A stretch of 64,000 nucleotides of DNA from a virus: the IMG/VR virus record IMGVR_UViG_3300020601_000005; one strand, 5' to 3'. Below the pieces are notes generated by a model. That model was not told the DNA's origin. It did no database searches and was given only the letters and a program-made list of their open reading frames with translations. Position 1 is the first letter of the stretch, and each line of letters begins with the position of its first letter. Below are positions 30,972-40,746 of the stretch, one piece after another. The position numbers and the translations under genes are program-made.

Positions 30972-31370
30972 ATGGCAAAACACATTTTAAAACTAACAGA
31001 CAAGAAGGTTGCCGTTAAAGTAAACGGGACTGACGTAACTGAAACAATTACGTTGGCGTCCGATTGCAAATTAGCAGCTGAAACTATTGATCAAACACAA
31101 TCAGTTAGCATTCTATCAATCACATGGATGGGAGCTGCGGGAGCATACGCCACAATCACGCGTGGCACTTCCGCAGTGCCGATTGCAATTGTTCAAGGCG
31201 AGTGCGCAACCACTATCAATTTTGCTGGATCTGAATTTTCTGAATCGGTTACTCCGACGGAAGATATCAAGATTGTCACTAGTGGCGATATGCAAGTATA
31301 CTTATTGTTGAGAAAAGATGATGGTTACTCAACCGCCGATCCTCAGCAGTACACAACTATTCCATACTAA
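30972..31370 (+). CDS. Hypothetical virion protein (beta-rich)
   Basis: ORF between gp20 and gp21; no motif recognised. Confidence 0.55.
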   Translation: MAKHILKLTDKKVAVKVNGTDVTETITLASDCKLAAETIDQTQSVSILSITWMGAAGAYATITRGTSAVPIAIVQGECATTINFAGSEFSESVTPTEDIKIVTSGDMQVYLLLRKDDGYSTADPQQYTTIPY

Positions 31371-31382
31371 TAGGAGTATTTC

Positions 31383-32036
31383 ATGAAACTTATTAGAGAA
31401 GTAGTTGAATCCGTAAATTTAATTACGGAAAACAAACTAGGACAAGAAAAAGAATACTTCATCGAAGGTATTTTTCTTCAATCAGAATTAAAAAACCGTA
31501 ATGGTCGTATGTACCCAGAGCCTACGATGGATAATGCGGTTAAGAGTTATGTGGAAAATTACGTTAACCAAAAACGTGCTTATGGTGAATTAGGTCATCC
31601 TGATACACCAAGTATCAATCTAGATCGTGTGTCACACATTATCACAGATTTGAGAAAAGAAGGTACAAATTGGATTGGTAAAGCTAAAGTACTTGCAACT
31701 CCTATGGGACAGATTGCTCGTGGCTTACTAGATGGCGGTGCTAATCTTGGTGTATCTAGCAGAGCGCTCGGTTCGTTAAAAACCAACAGGGATGGAATAC
31801 AAGTCGTACAAGACGATTTTGTCCTTTCTACTGCTGCTGATATTGTCGCTGATCCTTCAGCGCCTGATGCTTTCGTAAGAGGTATCATGGAAGGTCACGA
31901 ATGGGTTTATGTCGATGGGAAATACGTGGAAAAGCAGATAGAACAAACTCGAAAGTTAATCAAAAGTACTTCAACAAAGCACTTGACTGAAGTATCAGCT
32001 GTTGCTTTTGAAAAATTCTTGAATTCTTTAAAGTAA
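31383..32036 (+). CDS. gp21: Prohead protease gp21
   Basis: NRNGRMY, GELGHP, GVSSRALGS, DIVADPSAPDAFV. Confidence 0.96.
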   Translation: MKLIREVVESVNLITENKLGQEKEYFIEGIFLQSELKNRNGRMYPEPTMDNAVKSYVENYVNQKRAYGELGHPDTPSINLDRVSHIITDLRKEGTNWIGKAKVLATPMGQIARGLLDGGANLGVSSRALGSLKTNRDGIQVVQDDFVLSTAADIVADPSAPDAFVRGIMEGHEWVYVDGKYVEKQIEQTRKLIKSTSTKHLTEVSAVAFEKFLNSLK

Positions 32037-32085
32037 TAAATAATATTAACACCATTGGATATATCCAATCAATAGGAGATTACAC

Positions 32086-32997
32086 ATGTCAATTGATCAA
32101 AAAATCGCTCAGCTAATGGAAGAGTCTGAAAAGCTCCAGGCTGAAGAGTCACAAGAAGTTGTTGCTGAAGAGGCAACTGAAGAAGTAGTAGCTGAAGAAG
32201 CCGCTACGGAAGAGCAAGTTGAAGTTGTTGCTGAAGAAGCCCAAGAAGAAACCGCTGAGTTATCAGTTGACGTTTCTGCTGACGTTGCTGCTTTAGTTAA
32301 CGGCGAAGAACTTAGCGAAGAATTTAAAACCAAAGCTGCTACGATTTTCGAAGCTGCTGTGGTAACTCGTGTTAAGTCAGAAATGGCTAAACTCGAAGAA
32401 CAGTTTGAAACTCAACTTGCTGAACAAGTTGAAGAAATCAAAGATGGGTTAGTTGAAAAAGTTGATGGATATCTCAACTACGTTGTTGAGCAGTGGATGA
32501 CTGATAATGAAATCGCCCTTGAAAATGGCTTAAAGAATGAAATCCTAGAAAGCTTCGTAAGCGGCATGAAGGGTTTGTTCCAAGAGCACTATATCGAAGT
32601 ACCTGAAGACAAGTTTGACATCTTAGGTGATATGCAGCAAGAGATTGTTGACATGAAATCTAAGCTAGACGAGCAACTATCTACTAACGTAGATTTGTCC
32701 GCCAAGTTGAACCAGATGGTACGAGTTTCTGCAATTGATGAAGTTTCTTCACAGTTAGCAGATACAGACGCTGAAAAGTTCAAAGCTTTAGCCGAAGAGT
32801 TATCTTTTGAAGACTCTGAAACTTTTAAAACAAAGCTTGAAACTATCAAAGAAAACTATTTCGGCCAGAAGCAGCAAACTGCCAAAGTTGATACTGTCGT
32901 AACTGATGAACCAGTCGAGCAATTAGACGAGAGCGTAAAAGCTCAAATCGACCCTCGCATGGAAAGATACTTAACAGCGTTTAGGTCATCTAAGTAA
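32086..32997 (+). CDS. gp22: Prohead core scaffold gp22
   Basis: ELSEEFKTKAATIFEAAV, VDGYLNYVVEQWM; acidic coiled coil between gp21 and gp23. Confidence 0.93.
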   Translation: MSIDQKIAQLMEESEKLQAEESQEVVAEEATEEVVAEEAATEEQVEVVAEEAQEETAELSVDVSADVAALVNGEELSEEFKTKAATIFEAAVVTRVKSEMAKLEEQFETQLAEQVEEIKDGLVEKVDGYLNYVVEQWMTDNEIALENGLKNEILESFVSGMKGLFQEHYIEVPEDKFDILGDMQQEIVDMKSKLDEQLSTNVDLSAKLNQMVRVSAIDEVSSQLADTDAEKFKALAEELSFEDSETFKTKLETIKENYFGQKQQTAKVDTVVTDEPVEQLDESVKAQIDPRMERYLTAFRSSK

Positions 32998-33027
32998 TCT
33001 ATTAAATCTTTTAAAGGAAAATATAAA

Positions 33028-34272
33028 ATGGCAACACGTCCAGAATTATTGAAAAAGTGGTCACCAATCCTAGAAGCCGAAGGCGTTTCTAAAATTGGTG
33101 ACCAATACCGTCGTGAAGTTACCGCTCAACTCTTGGAAAACCAAGAGCGTGCGATGCATGAAGGTGCTCAGGCACTTTTCGAAACTTCTTCTATCGCTAA
33201 CCAAGGTGGTGGTTCTATCGCTGGTGGACAAGCTAATGCAGCTGGTTCAGGCGTTGACGGCTACGATCCAGTTCTAATCAGCTTGGTTCGTCGTGCAGCT
33301 CCACAAATGATCGCTTATGACATTTGCGGTGTTCAGCCAATGACACAACCTACCGGTTTGATCTTCGCAATGAAGAGCCGTTACGAAGACCAAGCAGGTG
33401 CTGAAGCATTGTTCAACGAAGCCGATACTGGTTTCGCTGGTACAGGTGCTCATCCAGCTGGTACTGGTATGTCTACTGCTTCTTCTGAAGACCTAGGCGA
33501 GAACGGTACGTTCGGTCAAATGGCTTTCTCAATCGAGCGTACATCAGTTGTTGCTAAGACACGTGCATTGCGTGCTGAGTACACTGTTGAACTTGCTCAA
33601 GACTTGAAGGCTGTTCACGGTCTAGACGCCGAAGGCGAATTGAGCAACATTCTCTCAACAGAGATCACCCAAGAAATCAACCGTGAAGTTGTTCGTACAA
33701 TGTACACAGCTGCTAAAGTTGGTGCACAAAACGGTACAGCCGTTGCTGGTACATTCAACCTAGACGTTGACTCTAGCGGCCGTTGGTCAGTTGAGAAGTT
33801 CAAGGGCTTGATGTTCCAAATCGAACGCGAAGCTAACTTGATCGCCAAAGAAACACGTCGTGGCCGTGGTAACTTCATCGTTACTTCTGCTGACGTAGCT
33901 TCTGCCTTGGCCATGGCCGGCGTGTTGGATTACACTCCTGCATTGTCTACTGGCTTGAACGTTGACGAGTCTTCAACAACCTTCGCTGGTGTGTTGAACG
34001 GCAAGTACAAAGTGTATGTTGACCCATACTTCAGCACAACTGCTGCTGACCAATTCTTCTTGGTTGGTTACAAGGGTACTTCTGCATTCGACGCTGGTAT
34101 GTTCTACTGCCCGTACGTTCCATTGGAGAAAGTTCGTGCTATCGATCCAGCTACGTTCCAGCCAAAGATTGGCTTCAAGACTCGCTACGGTATGGTTGCA
34201 AACCCATTCACTAGCTTGTCAGCTGGCGCTAACGTTTACTACCGCAAGGTAACAGTTACTAACTTGATGTAA
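33028..34272 (+). CDS. gp23: Major capsid protein gp23
   Basis: KKWSPILE, CGVQPMTQPTGLIFAM, ELAQDLKAVHGLDAE, FQPKIGFKTRYG. Confidence 0.98.
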   Translation: MATRPELLKKWSPILEAEGVSKIGDQYRREVTAQLLENQERAMHEGAQALFETSSIANQGGGSIAGGQANAAGSGVDGYDPVLISLVRRAAPQMIAYDICGVQPMTQPTGLIFAMKSRYEDQAGAEALFNEADTGFAGTGAHPAGTGMSTASSEDLGENGTFGQMAFSIERTSVVAKTRALRAEYTVELAQDLKAVHGLDAEGELSNILSTEITQEINREVVRTMYTAAKVGAQNGTAVAGTFNLDVDSSGRWSVEKFKGLMFQIEREANLIAKETRRGRGNFIVTSADVASALAMAGVLDYTPALSTGLNVDESSTTFAGVLNGKYKVYVDPYFSTTAADQFFLVGYKGTSAFDAGMFYCPYVPLEKVRAIDPATFQPKIGFKTRYGMVANPFTSLSAGANVYYRKVTVTNLM

Positions 34273-34300
34273 TTGACGAAACCTACGTAGATAGGTATTT

Positions 34301-34330
34301 AAAGGGATCCTTCGGGATCCCTTTTTTTTT
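34301..34330 (+). terminator. Intrinsic terminator after gp23
   Basis: AAAGGGATCC-TTCG-GGATCCCTTT plus T run; cUUCGg loop. Confidence 0.93.
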
Positions 34331-34332
34331 AT

Positions 34333-34340
34333 TATAAATA
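34333..34340 (+). promoter_or_regulatory. Late promoter TATAAATA
   Basis: Exact consensus right after the terminator. Confidence 0.75.
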
Positions 34341-34361
34341 GTGTATCATGAGGATAATCAT

Positions 34362-34895
34362 ATGACCATCAGAACTTTAGCCTGTCCATTACCAGCTGGA
34401 ATAAACTCGTTGTCCCCAGCGGGATACATGTTCAACATTCAAAAATTGCCAGAGTTGACGTACTTCTGTCAGCAGGTATCATTGCCATCTATTAATCTAG
34501 GAAATACTGAATTCATGAACCCATTGGTTCGAGTACCAGTACCTGGAGATACTTTAGACTTCGAACCATTACGGATAGAGTTCGTGGTTGATACGGGTAT
34601 GCTTAACTATCAAGCTGTTTATAGTTGGTTGACTGGTATTGCTTACCCAGAAGATAATTTACAGTTTACTTCTTTTAAAGCGCAACAGACGTTTCAAACT
34701 ACTGATGTATCATCTATGGTGTCAGATGCCACTTTAGCCATATTAGATAATAATAACAATAAAAGTGCAACTGTTACATTCAAAGATTGTTATCCTTTAA
34801 ACATAGAGTCATTGACTTTCTCATCTACTATTGATGATGTACAAGTCATGATTGGTGCTGCAACTTTTGCATACACGATATATACATTTTCATAA
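34362..34895 (+). CDS. gp3: Tail completion / tube terminator protein (gp3-like)
   Basis: NSLSPAGY.F, YFCQQVSLPSI, PGD.LDFEPL, SDATLAIL, F.DCYP; position after gp23 as in aquatic T4-like phages. Confidence 0.8.
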   Translation: MTIRTLACPLPAGINSLSPAGYMFNIQKLPELTYFCQQVSLPSINLGNTEFMNPLVRVPVPGDTLDFEPLRIEFVVDTGMLNYQAVYSWLTGIAYPEDNLQFTSFKAQQTFQTTDVSSMVSDATLAILDNNNNKSATVTFKDCYPLNIESLTFSSTIDDVQVMIGAATFAYTIYTFS

Positions 34896-34926
34896 TTAAT
34901 TATTTGTATCCAGAGATACATTATAC
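34896..34926. repeat. 31-nt intergenic element, copy 2
   Basis: ttaattatttgtatccagagatacattatac, 29/31 identical to 24045-24075. Confidence 0.7.
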
Positions 34927-35019
34927 TGTGAGTAGCCTATTAAACTACTCGAAGTGGATGAATTAGAATATTCCTCCTTGTGATATAATATGGTTATTCG
35001 TTATGGATAGTGGAAAATT

Positions 35020-35457
35020 ATGACTTTAGATGAACTAATTGATCAATGGGAAAAAGATAGTACAGTCGACGGGGACAACCTCGATCGAGAGTCTATACGT
35101 ACACCCAACATACATTCCAAATACCTTCGTATCATGATGACTTACAAGATGAAGTTGTCTGCATTGAAGGTGGAATACAGTACCCTACGACAAACTAAAT
35201 TTCGTTACTATCGTGGCGAGATGGGCAAAGTTGAGCTCGAACAATATGGATGGGAACAGTGGCAAGGTGTTAAGCCACTTAAGTCTGACATGAATGAGTT
35301 CCTTGATGGCGATGCCGACTTGAACAAAATTACGATTAAGTGTCAATACTTGGAAAATATGATCCAAGGCGTAGAGTCTATGATGAATCAAATTAAAGCT
35401 CGTGATTGGCAGATCCGCAACTCCATTGAATGGAAGAAATTCATCACTGGCCAATGA
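35020..35457 (+). CDS. uvsY: Recombination mediator UvsY
   Basis: WEKDS.VD..NLD.ES...P.IHSKYL, YYRG, I..R.WQIRNSIEW.KF. Confidence 0.9.
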   Translation: MTLDELIDQWEKDSTVDGDNLDRESIRTPNIHSKYLRIMMTYKMKLSALKVEYSTLRQTKFRYYRGEMGKVELEQYGWEQWQGVKPLKSDMNEFLDGDADLNKITIKCQYLENMIQGVESMMNQIKARDWQIRNSIEWKKFITGQ

Positions 35458-36932
35458 TTACAATTACTAAACTTAACGAATCAACTATCCGTGTTATTGG
35501 CGATGATAGCATTGAACAAGAGCTCAGAGACTTCTTTACGTTTGACGTTCCTGGTGCTCGTTATACTCCAATGTATAAAGCCAAGATGTGGGATGGAAAG
35601 ATTCGCATGTATGATATACACCGCAAGACATTGCAAAAAGGTCTGTATAACTACGTGGTTAAGTTTTGTGAAAAGAACGGCTATAAGTATGCGCACGATG
35701 GTGAGGTACTAACTAAGACCGATATTGGTTTACCTAAAGTGCAGGAATTCATACAGTGGTTGAATCCATGCTCTCGTGGTGTACCAATCACTCCGCGTGA
35801 TTACCAGATAGAAGCTGTCCACCATGCTATTGAGAATGAAAGAGCTTTGTTACTCTCTCCGACTGCATCAGGTAAGTCTCTCATCATTTACAGCACTATG
35901 CGCTATCATTTGGAACACGATAGAAAGTGTATCATCATAGTTCCAACAACCAGTCTTGTTGAACAGATGTATGCAGATTTTGTAGATTACTCTACTGGAA
36001 ACGGATGGAATGTAGAGAAACATTGCCAAAAACTTTATAGCGGATTTACTCGCGATGTAAGTTCTAACGTGTTGATTACCACATGGCAATCTGTCTATAA
36101 GCAACCAGCAGCGTGGTTTAAACAGTTTGATGTGTGTTTCGGTGATGAAGCCCACTTGTTTAAAGCAAAGTCATTGACTTCTGCCATGGATAAGATGAGC
36201 GAGACTAGATACCGCATCGGTACTACTGGAACTATTGATGCAAAGAACGCAAACAAGCTAGTTCTTGAAGGTGTATTTGGACCAGTTCACAAGGTTATTA
36301 CAACCAAAGAGCTTATGGACAACAACCAGGTTGCAGCTCTAAAAATCAAGTGCTTGATGTTGAAGTATGATGACGAGTCACGTAAATTGCTCAAGGGTGC
36401 TAGCTATCAGAATGAGATGAACTTCATTGTGCAGCATGAAAAGCGTAATAAGTTTATACGTAACCTCACTATAAATTGTGAAGGCAATACGTTGTTATTG
36501 TTTCAATACGTAGAAAAACACGGCAAGATCTTACATGACATGATTCGTGATAAGGTCGGTGATACTCGTAAAATTTATTTTGTCTATGGCGGTACCGATG
36601 TTGAGGCAAGAGAGGAAGCTCGTAGGATCACGGAAAAGAATGATGATGTTATAATTATTGCATCATACGGAGTATTCTCTACTGGTATTAACATTCCATC
36701 GATTGAGAACGTTATTTTTGCTTCACCATCGAAGTCTAAGATTCGTAACCTCCAGTCGATTGGTCGTGGTCTACGCCTGAAGAACGGAAAGACCCACTGT
36801 AACTTGTTTGATATCTCCGATGATCTTTCTTGGAAGTCTAAGAAAAACCACACATTAAACCACCTAACTGAACGTCTTAAGATATATTCTGAAGAACAGT
36901 TTAAGTATAAACTTATGGAGATAGATCTTTGA
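35454..36932 (+). CDS. uvsW: SF2 helicase UvsW
   Basis: SPTASGKS, GDEAH, GTTGT, LQSIGRGLR; ATGA overlap gives start 35454. Confidence 0.95.
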   Translation: MITITKLNESTIRVIGDDSIEQELRDFFTFDVPGARYTPMYKAKMWDGKIRMYDIHRKTLQKGLYNYVVKFCEKNGYKYAHDGEVLTKTDIGLPKVQEFIQWLNPCSRGVPITPRDYQIEAVHHAIENERALLLSPTASGKSLIIYSTMRYHLEHDRKCIIIVPTTSLVEQMYADFVDYSTGNGWNVEKHCQKLYSGFTRDVSSNVLITTWQSVYKQPAAWFKQFDVCFGDEAHLFKAKSLTSAMDKMSETRYRIGTTGTIDAKNANKLVLEGVFGPVHKVITTKELMDNNQVAALKIKCLMLKYDDESRKLLKGASYQNEMNFIVQHEKRNKFIRNLTINCEGNTLLLFQYVEKHGKILHDMIRDKVGDTRKIYFVYGGTDVEAREEARRITEKNDDVIIIASYGVFSTGINIPSIENVIFASPSKSKIRNLQSIGRGLRLKNGKTHCNLFDISDDLSWKSKKNHTLNHLTERLKIYSEEQFKYKLMEIDL

Positions 36933-37321
36933 AAGTCGTAATAATTAAACTTATAAACGGAGAAACATTACTTGGTGAATATATCGATAAAGACCAAGTG
37001 TATATTTCCATCAATCGACCTCTTGAAGTTAAAATGACTCCTAGCGTTGTTGGCGGTCAACTCGTGGAGAACCCAGTAATTTCAATGTACAGTCAGTTTG
37101 CTAAAGAAGAAGTATTTGACTTCCGCGGAGACCATATACTCTACTGTGTAGAGGCTCTTTCCAAGATTGCAGATTTTTATATTAAGACCTCGGATGAAAT
37201 GTATAACGTTGATATCAATGCTATCACTATAAAAGACTTTGAAGCTGGTTCTGAGGAAGAGAAAAAAGAAGGTATTGATATCGACGCAGTTCTTCAAAAT
37301 TCAAAAAAGATCATGCATTAA
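36929..37321 (+). CDS. Conserved hypothetical protein (Sm-like N-terminus)
   Basis: IIKLINGETLLG pattern, shared with 49194-49484; usual position between uvsW and gp55. Confidence 0.6.
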   Translation: MKVVIIKLINGETLLGEYIDKDQVYISINRPLEVKMTPSVVGGQLVENPVISMYSQFAKEEVFDFRGDHILYCVEALSKIADFYIKTSDEMYNVDINAITIKDFEAGSEEEKKEGIDIDAVLQNSKKIMH

Positions 37322-37361
37322 TATACAAATATAGTATATAATATATGATAAAGGAACACAT

Positions 37362-37925
37362 ATGGCACATTACGTAAACAACGCGGAAATGCTTGCGGCT
37401 ATTAAAGAATATAAGCTAGCACTCAAGACGGCTAAAGAAAATGATACAACACATCCAAGGATACCTGAGTACCTTGGTAAGTGTGTACTTATGATTGCAA
37501 CAAAACTATCGCATAAACCAAATTTTATTAACTATTCGTATCGTGATGATATGATTAGCGATGGTATTGAAAACTGTGTTATGTGTATTGATAGTTTCAA
37601 TCCTGAAAAATCTTCTAATCCATTTGCATATTTTACTCAGGTAATCTATTACGCATTTTTGCGTCGTATCCAAAAAGAAAAGAAGCAATCTTACATCAAA
37701 GGCAAGATGATTCAGGAAATGCCATTTGATTCTTTCGAGACTCAAGATCACGACGAAGGCGAATTCATTAATAACTATTTGTCATTCGTTCAGACTCATT
37801 CCAATTTTGATGATTCTTTCATTCGTAAGAAGGAAAAGAAAAAACCAGTTACTAAAGATGATCAGTCTTTAGTAAAATTTATTGATGATGGAGAACCTGT
37901 AAATGACGATAGCAGTAATAACTGA
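37362..37925 (+). CDS. gp55: Late sigma factor gp55
   Basis: HYVNN, PNFINYSYRDDMISDGIENC, NPFAYFTQ..YYAFLRRIQKEKKQ. Confidence 0.95.
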   Translation: MAHYVNNAEMLAAIKEYKLALKTAKENDTTHPRIPEYLGKCVLMIATKLSHKPNFINYSYRDDMISDGIENCVMCIDSFNPEKSSNPFAYFTQVIYYAFLRRIQKEKKQSYIKGKMIQEMPFDSFETQDHDEGEFINNYLSFVQTHSNFDDSFIRKKEKKKPVTKDDQSLVKFIDDGEPVNDDSSNN

Positions 37926-38952
37926 TCAACACTTTGGTGCGCGTGGTGATAGTGGACAGTGTCTAGATTACTATCAGAAATTCTATGATAATGTTTTCTT
38001 CCCTTCCATAGTGGAGAAGGGTGTATCATCTGTATACATCCTAGGTGATACATTCGATCGTCGCAAGTATGTCAACTTCAATACTCTTGCTCGCGCGAAG
38101 AAAATGTTTTTTGACAAGCTTCAAGAAATGGATATGCCTGTAGTGATGATTGCAGGTAATCATGACACATACTTTAAAAACACCAATGAGGTCAATTCAC
38201 CAGATCTTCTTTTGGTTGAATATTCAAATATCACGATTATTGATAGTCCTACCACGATTATTGATGGCGTATATGTGTGTATGCTTCCATGGATCTGCGC
38301 TGATAACTATCAAGCAAGCTTAGAGGAAATCAAGAATACCAAAGCAGAAATCTGTATGGGCCACCTTGAAATCGCAGGCTTTACGATGTACCGTGGACAT
38401 GAGTCTCAGGATGGACTAGATACTTCAATCTTCAACAAGTTTGATACAGTATTTTCAGGCCACTACCATCACAAATCTTCTAAAGGCAATATCCACTATT
38501 TGGGCAACCCGTATGAGCTAACATGGCAAGACTACAATGATCCACGTGGGTTTCATATTTTTGATTTGCAGACTCGTGAGTTAGAATTCATTCAAAATCC
38601 TTACACCATGTTTGAGCGTTACGAGTACGATGATACACAAGAAGTCATTAATGATTTTTCACGATTCACTGACAAGTATGTTAAAATCATTGTTGTAAAC
38701 AAGACTGATCTATATAAATTCGATCTTTTCATCAATGGACTGTATCAAAGTAATCCTCAAGATGTTAAAATTGTAGAGGACTTCTCAGAGTTTACCGATG
38801 GAGAAGTCGATGAAAATATCAATTTAGAAGATACATCATCTGTATTGATGGATTATATTGAATCACTTGAGACTGATAGCGACAAAGAAAAGATTAAGAA
38901 ATTTATGAAGTCTTTGTATATGGAAGCATTGAATACAACAGAACATGATTAA
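37903..38952 (+). CDS. gp47: Recombination nuclease gp47 (Mre11/SbcD-like)
   Basis: DQHFG, LGDTFD, GNHD, SGHYH metallophosphoesterase motifs. Confidence 0.95.
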   Translation: MTIAVITDQHFGARGDSGQCLDYYQKFYDNVFFPSIVEKGVSSVYILGDTFDRRKYVNFNTLARAKKMFFDKLQEMDMPVVMIAGNHDTYFKNTNEVNSPDLLLVEYSNITIIDSPTTIIDGVYVCMLPWICADNYQASLEEIKNTKAEICMGHLEIAGFTMYRGHESQDGLDTSIFNKFDTVFSGHYHHKSSKGNIHYLGNPYELTWQDYNDPRGFHIFDLQTRELEFIQNPYTMFERYEYDDTQEVINDFSRFTDKYVKIIVVNKTDLYKFDLFINGLYQSNPQDVKIVEDFSEFTDGEVDENINLEDTSSVLMDYIESLETDSDKEKIKKFMKSLYMEALNTTEHD

Positions 38953-40657
38953 CTTTAAGCAAATATCTTGGAAGAATTTTCTATCAACAGGAAATTCTGC
39001 AAATACAATCCAATTAAACCGTTCTGCATCTACACTCATTGTAGGTAAGAACGGTGAAGGTAAGTCTACTGTATTGGATGCAATCACCTTTGCATTATTC
39101 GGCAAGCCTTTCCGTAATATTAACAAACCTCAACTAGTCAACTCTATCAATGGAAAGAATTGTCTGGTAGAGGTAGAGTTCGATATTGGAAGTGTTTCGT
39201 ACAAGGTTATTCGTGGTATTAAGCCTGGTATCTTCGAGGTTTATTGTAACGGCCAATTGATGAATCAGGATGCCGCTGCAAAAGACTATCAAGATGTATT
39301 AGAGCGACAGATTCTAAAGCTTAGTTACAAAACATTCACCCAAGTTGTTATCTTAGGTTCTGCATCGTTTGTCCCATTCATGCAATTGCCTGCGGCACAA
39401 CGACGTAGTGTAATTGAAGATATTTTGGACATCAGTGTGTTCTCCACCATGAACACCATTCTTAAAGAAAAGATTGCGAATACTAAAGACGAAATCCAAG
39501 CAGTGGATAATCGTATTACTATTTCTAAGAACGCAGTCAATGTTCAAAAACGCATGATCGATACCTTAGTCTCTTCTAAGAAAGATCAAGTATCTCAGAT
39601 CGAAAAACAAATCTCTGATAACATTGCCGATATTGCAAAGGCTGAAACACAGTTTAAAGATATCGATAAGAAAATTAAAGCCATTTCCGTCGATATTGAA
39701 GATAACGATGATCTAGATACTTGGATTGCTGCCGCGATTCGTGCAAAATCATCGTTCTCTTCTACAATGGAACGCAATGAGAAAACTTTAAAATTCTTTG
39801 CAAAAAATGAAACATGCCCATCATGTTCTCAAGGAATTCCTCATACCCACAAGGAATCCATCGTCTCTACTTTATCGACCGATCAGGAAGAGCTTGAAGC
39901 TCAAATTGCAACTATCGAAGATGCACATTCTAAGTTGATCGAACGACAGAAGAAAACTAACAAGCTTAATAAAGAAATCACAGTATTAAATTCACAAGCT
40001 CATGCTTTGACTATGTCTATTAGTAATCTTGTAAAGCAGAACGAGAAGCTTAAGAAAGATATCCAAGACACCCAAGATGATACTGTGAATATTGATGTTG
40101 AGAAAGCAAAGCTCAGGGAGATTGCCGAGGAAGCAATGACCCTAGTAAATCGTAAGAACGAACTACTTGACGCTAAACAGATACAAGATGTTGCAACCCT
40201 TTTGCTCAAAGACACTGGCGTAAAGACTGCAATCATACGTGAATATCTGCCAGTCATGAACAAGTTGATTAACGGTTACCTGAGTGCAATGGACTTCTAT
40301 GTTCACTTTGAACTGGACGAATCATTCAATGAGGTTATCAAGTCTAGGTATCGTGATGAGTTTACCTATGCTTCATTCTCGGAGGGTGAAAAGATGCGTA
40401 TCGATCTTGCCATCTTGTTCACATGGCGTCAGATCGCAAAGATGAAAAATTCTGTCAATACCAACCTGTTACTCCTGGATGAAATCTTTGATTCATCACT
40501 CGATGTTGCAGGTACCGACTACTTCCTCACTATCATGAACGCTCTACAGGACAAAACCAACGTGTTCGTCATTAGTCACAAGGGAGATCAACTGTTCGAT
40601 AAGTTTCATAGTGTAATACGTGTAGAGAAGAAAAACGACTTTTCTGTAATACTTTAG
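38945..40657 (+). CDS. gp46: Recombination ATPase gp46 (Rad50/SbcC-like)
   Basis: GKNGEGKS, CPSC zinc hook, FSEGE signature, LLLLDE. Confidence 0.96.
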   Translation: MINFKQISWKNFLSTGNSANTIQLNRSASTLIVGKNGEGKSTVLDAITFALFGKPFRNINKPQLVNSINGKNCLVEVEFDIGSVSYKVIRGIKPGIFEVYCNGQLMNQDAAAKDYQDVLERQILKLSYKTFTQVVILGSASFVPFMQLPAAQRRSVIEDILDISVFSTMNTILKEKIANTKDEIQAVDNRITISKNAVNVQKRMIDTLVSSKKDQVSQIEKQISDNIADIAKAETQFKDIDKKIKAISVDIEDNDDLDTWIAAAIRAKSSFSSTMERNEKTLKFFAKNETCPSCSQGIPHTHKESIVSTLSTDQEELEAQIATIEDAHSKLIERQKKTNKLNKEITVLNSQAHALTMSISNLVKQNEKLKKDIQDTQDDTVNIDVEKAKLREIAEEAMTLVNRKNELLDAKQIQDVATLLLKDTGVKTAIIREYLPVMNKLINGYLSAMDFYVHFELDESFNEVIKSRYRDEFTYASFSEGEKMRIDLAILFTWRQIAKMKNSVNTNLLLLDEIFDSSLDVAGTDYFLTIMNALQDKTNVFVISHKGDQLFDKFHSVIRVEKKNDFSVIL

Positions 40658-40677
40658 TACTAATTTCTGGCCAAAAG

Positions 40678-40725
40678 TAATACTCTGGTTCTATATGTAC
40701 AATAATTGGTATTTTATTGTACAAT
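40678..40725 (+). promoter_or_regulatory. Early sigma70-type promoter (TGTACA-18-TACAAT) with upstream TAATACT box
   Basis: Same layout as promoters at 42.8, 43.1, 57.0 and 63.3 kb. Confidence 0.6.
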
Positions 40726-40746
40726 ACACCTATACCGGAGATTATT

